Part shown: positions 12,574-23,100 of the stretch, one piece after another | Layout of the letters: the number at the start of each line of letters is the position of its first letter | How positions within the stretch are numbered: position 1 is the first letter of the stretch | Assembly: GCF_032191835.1 (NCBI RefSeq) | Contig: NC_083233.1 | Span: 61,628,001-61,692,000, forward strand | Direction of reading: 5' to 3' | Origin: Heteronotia binoei | Lineage: Eukaryota | Length of the DNA stretch: 64,000 nucleotides | Made by a program: the position numbers and the translations under genes | The notes under the pieces: generated by a model | The model's input: the letters and a program-made list of their open reading frames with translations, nothing else | Told to the model about the DNA's origin: nothing | Database searches by the model: none

Positions 12574-13894
12574 CTTGTAAGTATTAGCTCTCATTCCCGC
12601 AGGGTTAGGAATCCAGCACGGCTGTCCAGAAGACTTGAGTGTACTTAAATCTTCAGAAGACGGGGTGGCTATTTCTGTTGATTCCCCTTTTCCCCAGCAG
12701 ATCCCCCCCTTTGCCTCCTCTGTTGCTCCTAAGGGTCTGTTCACCCCAGGAACAAAAATGCAGGGAAGGGGGGGGGGGTTTGAGTAGCTTGCAGAAGGAG
12801 TGAGGAATGGAAAAGTCCTGCTTCATGCGGTCTGCATATGTTTGGCTACAAGCCAGTGCTCGTTTATTGCTTCGTAGGACAGTCATAAATTGTGCATATA
12901 AACTATACACTAAATCACGAAATAAACTACAAGCACACTGCAAAAAAATTAAGATGTGCAAATGGTGAAGAAAGAGGAGGTTCGGCGCCAAAGATGATCT
13001 TTGCCTGGGGCCCCATGTGGTCTGTGGTTGACCCTGCAGGAGGCAGGGGGGCCTTTAAAAATGGTAAACCCCCCCCCCCCACTCGCAGTCTGAAGCAATC
13101 CATCCATTTCAAAATCCTACCACTCCATTTTTCTGCTTGTTCAGACCAGACGAAAGTATGCAGTAATCACATTAGTCTTTGCACGCTGCTCCCATAAATC
13201 CCTTTTCCGCTGCGAAAGCTTTCTGTCCCATCCCTGCAGAGCCTTGCTGTGGGACAGACTGAGGGAGCGCAGAGCCTCACAAGAATATTTCAAAACTAAA
13301 GATGTTCACACTGGCTACGGTTGCCAGGTCTGTGTTGGATAATACCTGGAGACTTTGGGGGTGGATCTGAGAAGGTGAGAATGAAATCTGTATAACTGGT
13401 GTCCTTTATACACAGAATTCAGTTTCTCAATATGACTTTTTTCTTTTTAATTCAAAGTGCAAAAAGACTTGAATACAAGTTCTGCTTAGTGGAATTAAGT
13501 GGGAGGGAGGAAAGGGGGAGAAAGAGAGAGAGAACAATCATATGCTCTTTTAACATATTGGAACCAAGATATCTGCAATAACCCTCTCTTCCCATATAAA
13601 ATTGCCCAGGAATGAAAGTTTCCCGATTGAATGAAAGATCTTTTCTGGATACACACTCATACCTTCTGAAGCCAGGAAGGTAATTATAAGAGACATGGCC
13701 TTCTTTGTGGTTGCCTCCTTAGGGCAACTGGCTTGGCAACAGCATTGTCACTACTAACATAAGCAGTGCCATCATGAGCAGTCTCGCATCCTTCTAAGAC
13801 AATGGACTGCAATGTACTCAGAATGGTGTGTGTAACTCTGCTTAGGATGGACACAGTGCAAGTCCAGCTTCAATCCATGTTTACCCAAACCAAG

Positions 13895-14170
13895 AATGGC
13901 AATGAAGTGTTATGGGGTGTGTATTTGTGTGCGTGTGAAGTGCCAGTTGCTTCCAATTTATGGCAACCGTATGCATGAATGTCCTCCAAAGCATCCTGTT
14001 ATTAACAGCCTTGCTCAGGTCCTGCAAAATGAGGCCCGTGGCTTCTTTGATTGAGTCCATCCGTCTTAGGTTGGGTCTTCCTGCTGCCTTCAACTTTTCC
14101 TAGCATTGCTGTCTTTTCCAGTGACTCTTGTCTTCTCGTAAAGCGACCAAAGTACGAGAGCCTCAGTTTA
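13895..14170 (-). mobile_element. RTE-clade LINE 3' fragment; a BovB-like 3' fragment also lies at about 8037-8153 (minus)
   Basis: GRPNLRRMDSIKEATGLILQDLSKAV...WRTFMHTVAI is an RTE ORF C-terminus. GTTCAGTCGCACAGTCGAGTCCGACTCTTTGCG resembles the BovB tail reverse complement. Confidence 0.7.
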
Positions 14171-14243
14171 CTCGTTTTAGCTGTGCTGCTGTCGGCAATG
14201 TATTTTATGTAGCAGTTTGATTTTATGAATTAATTCTGTGGAT

Positions 14244-14433
14244 ATCAAAGATTTCAAGTTTTCACGGCTGGTAACATCATTAGGGTTTGTAGAATCTTTT
14301 GGGCTCAAGTGCCGTGTTCTACTGGAGAAAGTTTTTCTTCCAGACGTTTTCTTCCAGCCGAGAACGAAACGTCTGGAAGAAAAACTTTCTCCAGTAGAAC
14401 ACGGCACTTGAGCCCGAAAGATTCTACAAACCC
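14244..14433. mobile_element. Penelope-like (PLE) terminal-repeat insertion with inverted duplication (71-bp near-perfect hairpin) and 13-bp flanking direct repeat
   Basis: Arms 14279-14349 and 14367-14437 differ at one base. TAATTCTGTGGAT occurs at 14231-14243 and 14434-14446. GAAACGTC resembles a hammerhead 3' half. PLE assignment is from architecture and recalled end motifs. Confidence 0.65.
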
Positions 14434-14807
14434 TAATTCTGTGGATGTTTGTATTGTCTGTGTCTTGCAAGAAGGAATGTAAATGCCCTGCATAGATATT
14501 TGCCAGGGAGTGCCCGCATTTGCCAATACTTCTCATGGCCAGCTCTGTGAGGGAAGCTGATACATTTGCTTCAGGTGGCAGATTTGGGAGGGCGGCAACC
14601 TCCCATCCTGCCCACAGCCACCCAGCTACCTGTCCTTCTGCCACCTGAAAACCGGCCTGACTGCCATCCCCACCCAGAAGCCAGAGTAGATATTCATCTT
14701 TGCTCTCCCAGGCCTCTTAAAAAGAGCACAACAAGCCATGCTTGCCAGTTCCTGAACTCCTGCAAGACTCCTCTTCTTTGTGAGAGTTCAGCTACCATTT
14801 CTTGTCC

Positions 14808-15385
14808 TATATGTAGCAACCGCCGGAAGCAATGAAACTCTCATATAAATGTGTTCTTTTAGTGCAAACTAAAATAAAACAGAACTTAGGAACACTTAAA
14901 TACTTAATACTTGAAATTTCCCCACACAGAGTCTCACACAGTCTCTTAGAAACAAGATTCTTCAAAACAGACATAATAAAGATGTCGGTGGAGTCTTTGA
15001 GTTTGTTAGTGTTCCACTCGTGAAGGTACAGAGAGAATAAGGAACTGCTTTTGAAAGGAATCCTCACGGTTTTGCTTATCAATACTTCTTCAGCCTCTTT
15101 CTCCTGACGTTACATGGAGCCACAACTCAATTCTTTACAACATGGATCAACGCATGCTCTCATCTGCTGCTACCAGTATTTTGAAGAAGCTTGTTTCTAA
15201 GTGACTGTGTGAGACTCTGTGTGGGGAAATTTCAAGTATCAAGTACTTAAGTGTTCCTAAGTTCTGTTTTATTTAGTTTGCACTAAAAGAACGCATTTAT
15301 ACACGTTTTACGTGAGAGTTTCATTGCTTCCGGTGGTTGTTACATATAGCTCACTATAGACACCGGTTCCAGTTGTATTTACTAT
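14808..15385. mobile_element. Unclassified insertion with ~160-bp inverted repeats and 15-bp TSD
   Basis: Arms at about 14807-14967 and 15179-15349 are reverse complements (one ~11-nt indel, few substitutions). TACCATTTCTTGTCC occurs at 14793-14807 and 15386-15400. Confidence 0.75.
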
Positions 15386-15805
15386 TACCATTTCTTGTCC
15401 AAGGCTTGACATAGGTGAGACCTTCCCCTAGCGTTGCCAGGTCTGTGTTGAAAATACCTGGAAACTTTGGGGGTGGATCCAGGCAAGGGTTTGGGGAGGG
15501 GAGGGCCATCAGCATGGTACAGTGCCATAGAGTCCACCCTTCAAAGCAGCCATTTTCTCCAGCAGAGCTGATCTCTGCCAGCTGGAGATCAGTTGCAAAA
15601 GCGGGAGATCTCCAGCCCCACCCCCCCATCCCCCACCCCGGTAGGCTGGCAACCCTACATGCTACAGGACTCGAATCAAACTGCTCTACTGAAGACCAAC
15701 AGAGTTACCCTCTGAAACGGAAAAGGATGTGGCATAAGTGTGGGACCACTCATAACAGCTGCAATTGGCAGCAAGTTTTGTTTTTAAGGTTTGCAAAGGA
15801 ATGTT

Positions 15806-15985
15806 GCCCTGATGCAGATAGTCCAGAATAGCCTTGTCAGATCTCAGAAGCTAAGCAATGTTGGCTACAGTTAGTATTTGGATGGAAGACCACCAAGGAA
15901 TACTTGGGTTACTATGCAGAGGCAGCCAATGGCAAACCACTTCTGAAGGACTCTTGCCTTGAAAATCCCACAGGATCACCTTAAG
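15806..15985 (+). mobile_element. 5S rRNA-derived SINE (SINE3-type) with RTE/Sauria-like tail (copies at about 5915-6030 -, 7065-7200 -, 10045-10425 +, 24300-24393 -, 25060-25245 -, 31670-31830 +)
   Basis: GATCTCAGAAGCTAAGC...GTTAGTATTTGGATGGAAGACCACCAAGGAATAC matches the 5S box A/box C region, then GCAGAGGCAGCCAATGGCAAACCAC. Confidence 0.75.
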
Positions 15986-16274
15986 TCTTTGGATGAGGCA
16001 GCGGGCATCTATTTATCGATCGGTTGGACTCCCCCCTACTGCTCTGCTGCTCTACTGCACTACTGTACTGTGATGCTGTATTGCTGTACTATTTTGTGCT
16101 ATACCACCTTGCTGTCATGCCATCTTGCTGAATCATCTCACTGCACTTTGATGAATGCTGTGATTGGTTTTATTATGATTTTATTGTGATTTTATTTCTA
16201 TTCCCCCAATGGGGGAATGGGCAGAATATAAATAAACTAATAATAATAAGTCAGCTGTGATTTGACAGCGGGAA

Positions 16275-16715
16275 AAAAGTCATAGAATGGACACAACAGG
16301 GAGGTCTCAGCTAATGGACAATGGGAGCAGCTGCCCCAGGTCCAATGATGAACTACTCCTACTGTAAAACATCATCCTAACACCCAGCTGGTACCTTCCC
16401 GCTCTTCATTTAAACCCATTCTTGTGAATCCTCTCCACAGCGAACAGGAACAGCTCCCTGCCCTCCTTGAAGTGACGGCCCTTCAAATACTTCAAGAAAG
16501 CAATCACGTCCTCCCTCAACCTCCCCTGCTCCAGACTGAACGTTCCCAAGTCCCTCACAGGGCTTGATCTCCAGGCCCCTGATCATCCTCATCCCTTTTT
16601 GTACCTGCTCCATTCTGTTCACATCCTTCTTGAAGTAAGGCCTCCAGAAATGCACACCGTCTCCAGGTGCAGCCTGACCAATGCGGTGTACAGTTGTTAC
16701 ATTCAAACACCTTTT
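16275..16715 (-). mobile_element. CR1 LINE 3' fragment (ORF2 C-terminus)
   Basis: Minus-strand peptide FWRPYFKKDVNRMEQVQKGMRMIRGLEIKP matches the CR1 ORF2 end; decayed. Confidence 0.75.
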
Positions 16716-17255
16716 AAGTCACAGGTGATCATTTTCCTCTCTCCCAAATGCATCTACCTAATAAGATTTCTGGGAGGGAAGGTTGCATGGTATAGCCTGA
16801 TTTTATGAGGTCTCAGAAGCTAATGTAAGAAAAAAGCCCCCTACTTTTCATACACATGGACATCGTGATCACCAGTATGGTTGCCAGGGTGCCTGGAGTT
16901 TTAACTCGCACACATCTGCTCTAAGAAGTGGACTTTGCCCACAGTTTCTAAGCCTTATGTGGATACTATAAGCCTCAGCTTTGCAGCAGCATTCTACATC
17001 TCTGGATGGGTGTTAGCCAGAACTACAGACGAGCTTCCAGCTGCTCCTTTCTTGCCCAGTTTTGGCCGCTGCAGTGGAAGAAGCCACGCTGCCATGAACT
17101 GTACAGGCAAACAGTTTCCAGCCTGTTTCCATGAACCAAAGGCTAACACCACCAGAATCCATCTTGTTTTCCTGACTCCATTACAGCAAAGCAAGAGACT
17201 CACGTATCCAACAGCTGCTTCAACTTCTGCATAAGGCAATCAAGCTTATCTTAGG

Positions 17256-18089
17256 TGTGGATCCTGCCGGACCGCCTAAGCCTTTGTCTAACGGAACTCA
17301 AGACAAAGACTGGTGCCAAGAAGAAGACTGAAGAAGAGGAAGACCATCTTCAGCCAGAGCCACGTTCCTTTGTGTAAACCGGGTAATACCTTAGGTAGCA
17401 ATTTAGCCATCTATTGTCACCTTTTTAGATAAGTTTAATAGTCTTAAGCACACCTCCACCTAGTAACTTCCCCCATTCTTTTCTCCAACAGTCATCCTGG
17501 AGCCTCCCCCTTGACCCATTGCTACCTGGACAGCCAATCAGGTAACTAGGGCTAAGTCCACTCATTGGTTAGCCATGAGTGTCCAATCAGGGGTTGCCAA
17601 TTAACTGGCTATTGGCTACTGCACTAGTCCAGCCCTTATGGTCACTGCAGAGCCTCCCCTTTTCTGAGGTCATGTACCAGCTGACCACCTGTCATCCACC
17701 CCTGTGCCTCCCATCCCCTAAGGGCTCAAGGTAGTCTATATAACCTGTAACACAGCTCCCCACATGTGCGCATCTAGCAGTACCCCAGTTCCGCTGTCTA
17801 GATCCATCCCCGATTCTGGCCACAGTTGAGGGTCCCATTTCCCCCGTCCTCTTTCGTCGCCATTGGAGCCTTCCTTGAAGACTACGATCAGTAATTATCA
17901 CCCTGTTTGTCTATCCATGTGTTGTCTCTATATATCTCTCTATTTTTCTTAGGACTGTATGGATGTTTCATGAGCACATTGCCTTGTATGTATGCCTACA
18001 TTTTTCTGGAATAAATTTTAATTGTTTTACTTAATTAGTGTCCTTGATAAATTTAAGCATTAATTTCTGGACGTGGAATCCTGTATACA
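17256..18089 (+). mobile_element. Solo LTR (834 bp, TG...CA, 4-bp TSD TAGG; Gypsy/ERV-like)
   Basis: TAGG flanks both sides (17252-17255, 18090-18093). Clustered CCAAT/ATTGG boxes at about 17534-17616, TATATAA at about 17737 and AATAAA at about 18010 are in U3-R-U5 order. Confidence 0.7.
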
Positions 18090-19113
18090 TAGGTAAAAAG
18101 ATCCTGATTAAGCCAGGTGCCCACCTGACAATTCCCCATCCTCGTTTTGAGGGCATTTTGGCTTACACTAAGTAGGGTCAGTTCTTGGAAGAGAGACCTC
18201 TGAGGAAGACTCTGCAAAGGAAAATCCCCTCTGCTTCTCACTTGCTTTGAAAGCTCCTTCCTGAGGTCACCATAAGTCAGCTGTGACTTGAAGGCAATTT
18301 ACACACACACACACAATGAGGCTTAACTTCATGAGTACAATGAAGTGGGCTCTAGTGCATAAGAGCTTCTGCCAGAATAACTCTGTTGTTTTAAGGTGCC
18401 ACCGGATTGCTTTTCTCTGCTGCAGGCCAACTGAGCTATTGCACTGTAATTTGTTAAAATAGCACAAGTTGCCTTTCTTTGGGATTTGGCTTCTTCTCCA
18501 GTTGCTCTGAAAATTAAATCCCAGAAAGGTTATGTCTCTAGAGGCCATGCAGGTCAATGAACACTAAGATGCCATGCACAACAACTTCTGAAGTACCTTT
18601 TGGGGTTTTTGATGCCACTGCACAACGATTTCTGTTGTATTTCTAGTATGTGTTTATTGCATTGTTCTGTTCGATCATTAACCAAAAGGACAAACACTCT
18701 GATGTTTTTTTAAACTGGTGTAGGAGAGACTTTTGTGGAGTAAACAAGTGCTGATTAGAATCTTTAGCAACATCAAGGTGGAGGCATGGCACACAGGTAG
18801 AGTCTCAGGTTCCAGCCACAGCTTTCTTAGTTTAAAATGAAAAGAATTAGCGGGTGTGCAAGACTTCCATCTGAGACTCTGTAAAGAGCCACCACCCGTC
18901 ACAGTAGCCAGGGATAGACTAAGGATTTGATTCCACATAGGACAACTTTGTTAGTGTGTCTATAAAGGAGAGAGGAGGGCAAGCTTGTGATCTTTGATGT
19001 GAGAATAGGGGAGATGCAAACTGGTCCCTCTTTTCCTTTGTGATGAACCTGGATAATAGCATGCCCTTTAATCAAGTCCCCTGAATCACATGATCAATGA
19101 CAGAGTTGCCTTA

Positions 19114-19134
19114 TGACCTCATACGCTGACATCA
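19114..19134 (+). promoter_or_regulatory. CRE-like sites (TGACCTCA, TGACATCA) upstream of kinase copy A
   Basis: TGACATCA lies 142 nt before the ATG, the same position as in copies B and C. Confidence 0.55.
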
Positions 19135-19268
19135 ACTCCTGAAAACAAAGCTGTGGGGCCTACCAGTAGCAGTGTCCAGATCCCTGCGATGATTGTCACA
19201 CATCCCAAAAAGGAATGCGCTGCTAGACCACATTCGGATGGGAGGCTGGCATCCCCATCCTTTGCATC

Positions 19269-20114
19269 ATGGATGATGCAGCTGTGCTTAGGAGGAAAGG
19301 GTATATCCTGGGGGTCAGCTTAGGTGAGAGTTCCTTCGCCAAAGTCAAGTCTGCCTACTCGGAGCGTCTCAGATTCAATGTGGCCGTGAAAATTACGGAC
19401 AGAAGGAAAGTCCCCCATGAGTTTTTGGAGAAATTTCTCCCCAGGGAACTGGACATCTTGTCCATGGTGAACCACAGTTCCATCATAAAGATCTATGAGA
19501 TCTTTGAGACATCTGGGAAAGTCTACATTGTGATGGAACTCGGAGTGCAAGGAGACTTGCTGGAGTTCATCAAGAGCAACCGAGGACTGCCCGAAGAAAT
19601 CGCCCGCAGGATGTTCTGCCAACTGTGTTGCGCCATTAAGTATTGCCACGATTTAGATGTGGCACACAGGGATTTGAAATGCGACAACGTCCTTCTGGAC
19701 AAAGACATGAATATCAAGCTATCGGATTTCGGCTTTTCTAAACGGTGCTTTCGGGATGAGAATGGGAAAATCATCCCCAGTCAGACTTTCTGTGGTTCGG
19801 CTGCGTACGCAGCTCCAGAAGTAATCCAGGGCATCCCTTATCACCCCAAAGTTTATGACATGTGGAGCTTAGGGGTCATCCTCTACGTCATGGTTTCTGG
19901 ATACATGCCGTATGACGACTCCAACGTGAAGCGAATGCTCCGGCTGCAGAAGGAACACCGTGTGCTCTTCCCGGAGTCTTTGACGATCGAATGCAAAGAT
20001 CTTATTTTCCGCTTGCTGCAACCCGACGTTGCTCACCGACTACGCATTGATGAAGTTTTGAATCACCCTTGGGTTCAGGGGAAGCGCCTGTGGCCTTGCA
20101 GATTGTTTGACTAA
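19269..20114 (+). CDS. TSSK1/2: Intronless testis-specific Ser/Thr kinase, TSSK1/TSSK2 family, copy A (281 aa, divergent, C-terminal tail missing)
   Basis: ORF starts [12 protein letters not shown], the typical TSSK1/2 N-terminus. It has VAVK, PRE (alphaC Glu), [32 protein letters not shown] and QKEHRV. The Gly loop reads [12 protein letters not shown]1 versus TSSK2 orthology cannot be resolved by eye. Confidence 0.93.
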   Translation: MDDAAVLRRKGYILGVSLGESSFAKVKSAYSERLRFNVAVKITDRRKVPHEFLEKFLPRELDILSMVNHSSIIKIYEIFETSGKVYIVMELGVQGDLLEFIKSNRGLPEEIARRMFCQLCCAIKYCHDLDVAHRDLKCDNVLLDKDMNIKLSDFGFSKRCFRDENGKIIPSQTFCGSAAYAAPEVIQGIPYHPKVYDMWSLGVILYVMVSGYMPYDDSNVKRMLRLQKEHRVLFPESLTIECKDLIFRLLQPDVAHRLRIDEVLNHPWVQGKRLWPCRLFD

Positions 20115-23100
20115 CCAGCTGATAAAAGAGCAGACATGGACTACCTCAGGAGTCCTTATTTCTTTACCAAGCGCAGCGAATGTGAGTCTGTTTCCTTAAA
20201 CTGTTGTCCTACAGTGTTGTCAGGTCCCATAATTACTCAGAGAGTTAAAAGTGACCTAAATAGCTATGAACTATTATGTGGGAGGGAAAATAGGTGGGAC
20301 AGAAATTCAGTTTCTGTCTCTGCCATCTCTAGATTGGGGGCCCCATTATGATGCCAATGGGCACCTTGGCACCTGTCAACTTTCCTGGTGCCCACCAAGT
20401 GTTTTAAGAAAGAGGGTAGGGCCATGAGGGGCTGTTGTCCAGCAGGCCTTCTGATTGGCTGCTGGGTAACTGATTAGCTGTGTAGATTAAAGCAACATTA
20501 TTTCCACAGGGTATTGATGGAACTCTCTGTCTGGGGCAGTGATGCTCTGTATTCTTGGTGCTTGGGGGGACAACAGTGGGAGGGCTTCTAGTGTCCTGGC
20601 CTCACTGATGGACCTCCTGATGAGACCTGGTTTTTTGGCCACTGTGTGACACAGAGTGTTGGACTGGTTGGGCCATTAGCCTGATCCAACATGGCTTCTC
20701 TTATGTTCTTACATTCACTGTGACTTTCACCACAGTGTTGGTTTTATTCTCTCTCCCTCCTCTTTCCCTGTGTATTTCTAAAATTACCCTCCTTCTTCCC
20801 TGCAGTTCAGCTTCCTCTGAGCAGTAGGCTCCACCTCCCCTGGCAGCCATTTTATGATTGCCTCTGCCTCCCCTGGCAGCCATTTTGTGGTTCCACCCAC
20901 AACTCTATGTCAGAATTCCAAAGGTGCCCACAAGCTGAAAAAAGCTGGGGGTACCTGCTGTAGAAAAGGATTCAAAAAGCTGAAGAGCACCTGGTTTGCA
21001 TATAGAAAATTCCAGGTGTTGTGTAACTGGGATCTGGAAGACCCAATTTCAGATCTCCACCCTAACACAGAACTGTGCTGTTTGACCTTGTGCCTGTCAT
21101 GCACTTTCTTCCTGATCTGTGTTGTTGTTACGTGGCAAGGAGATGATGCTTTAAATTGCTCTGAGTCCCCCATTGGGAAGCAAAATCAATAGATAAATAT
21201 CAGGAATATCCTAGCTGCAACCAGTTGTAAGAGACAACACTGATCTCAAAGCAAAACTGCTGCTTCAAACAATGATAGCACCGGTTTTGCTTGAAGAAAA
21301 TCTCAAGTTCGACCTCTAGAACCTCCAGATAAAGCATCTCACATCACAAGTGTCAGGAAAGATCATTGTCTGCTGGAAAGCTACTTCCAGCCAGTATAGG
21401 CAATACTAAGCTAGCTGAATCAATGGTCTGACTTGATGCAAGGCAGCTTCTTAGGTTAGGGAGCGGTTTGGTGGTAGAACCCTGGCTGTGCATATAAAGT
21501 AGTAGAAAACGCCCAGATAGGTAGATCAAAGCTCTGATGTGTGACCTAAGGTAGTTTCAGATGCTTCCAAACCTTAAGCATGAGCAGAGGTCCATCAGTG
21601 GCTATTAGCCACAGTGTGTGTATGTGTGTGTGTGTGTATATATAAATAAAAAATTTTGGCCATTGTGTGACACAGAGTGTTGGACTGGATGGGCCATTGG
21701 CCTGATCCAATATGGCTTCTCTTATGTTCTTATGAGGAATTGCTTTGAAATTCTGCCCTCTAATTCTTGCTGTGTGCTTAAGGGCTTGTCTTTTAGATTC
21801 CCAGGTAGGGCTGCTAGCCCAGGGATGGGAAATACTTGGACATTTTGGGCATGGAGCCTGAGGAGAGGAGGGACTTTGGTGAGGTATAAAGCCATAGAGT
21901 CCACCTTACAAAGCAGCCATTTTCTCTCAATGAACTGATCTTTGTCACCTGGAGATCAGCTGTAATAACCCCCTAGAGCTTGGCAACCCTGGGAAATGAT
22001 TTGGAGGTTCAGGCCTATACTCAGCACGTCAGGAAAAGAATGAGATGGGTTGAATAGAGCTGTCTTCAAGGTCCTTCACAACTATTTTTTTCCAAAACCC
22101 AGTGGAGAAGAAATGTCACCTCTAGCAGGTAAGATTTACCTCTTAGCATCCTCCATCAGAGGCATGGAAATCCATTTTTTTCCCCCAACAAAGAGGTGGA
22201 TTTTCAAACACAGAGACTCCCAGGAGCTCTCCCCTATATTCAGCAACTGAAATATTCCCTTTAATTCCTAAAGACAATCCTTCCACTCCTTGTTTATCAA
22301 AGCTTTCATGTTTTTACCCTGATGCAACATAATTTGTGCCATTGGAGAGGCACAGCCCCTGGTTTTGTATGCGACGCACATTCCATTGATCCGGTTCTCC
22401 TTGGCTCAAGGGTATTGTAAAGGAAGGAAGAGGCAGGAGTTTTTACATTTGTGCATTTTGTTTTGTCTAACGTTGTAGCGCCAGATTGACAGGCTTGGAA
22501 CGGATTCCCAGCTGAGAGGGAACAAACGGAAAAGCAGTGGGGTGCCGTGTATCCTAAACTTTAAACGGTTGAGGCACAACCTCCTTTTGAATGAAAATCA
22601 GTGACATACATTATTCTTGCATGCGCATATGCCAAAAAACATTTTTTGTAGACTGAAAGAGTAAGAAGCATTCCCACCTCAATCTCCCATCTCTGTGCAT
22701 GAGACAGTGATCTGAACATGCCTGGTTCTATGGCCAGGGATCTATCTACCTGTTTTTATGGATGCACACATGACGTTCCTTCATACTGTGTCAGACGTCT
22801 GGTCCATCTCAGCAGCATCCACTGAAACTGTGTAGGAAGAGGCCGTATAAACTCCTCCTTAGGATATATTTCAGAGGTTCACCATGTCAGGGAAATGGCG
22901 GGAATTAGATTTAATATAGGAGGCCTTGTGAGAACCAGGGGTTTTTTGTTTGTTTGTTTTTGAGCAGGAACGCACTTCCGGCTGGCGGGGGGTGGGGTGG
23001 CCTAATATGTAAATGAGTTCCTGCTGGGCTTTTTCTACAAAAAAAGGGCCTGGTCAGAACTATTTTTCTAAAACTCAGAAGAAAAGTATTATCTCCCCTG

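Noticed and set aside
15179-15230. Possible hammerhead core (TTGAAGAAG...TAAG...GAGACTC) in the long inverted repeat
   Set aside because: Both conserved boxes deviate and stem II does not pair convincingly in either arm.
15836-15905. 5S rRNA gene candidate
   Set aside because: Partial, diverged, dispersed in both orientations and joined to a retroposon tail, so SINE-derived.
1-19000. Exons of the expected syntenic neighbour DGCR2 (and GSC2 beyond 62 kb)
   Set aside because: No matching peptide or second CpG-island exon recognised by eye; small exons cannot be excluded without a search.
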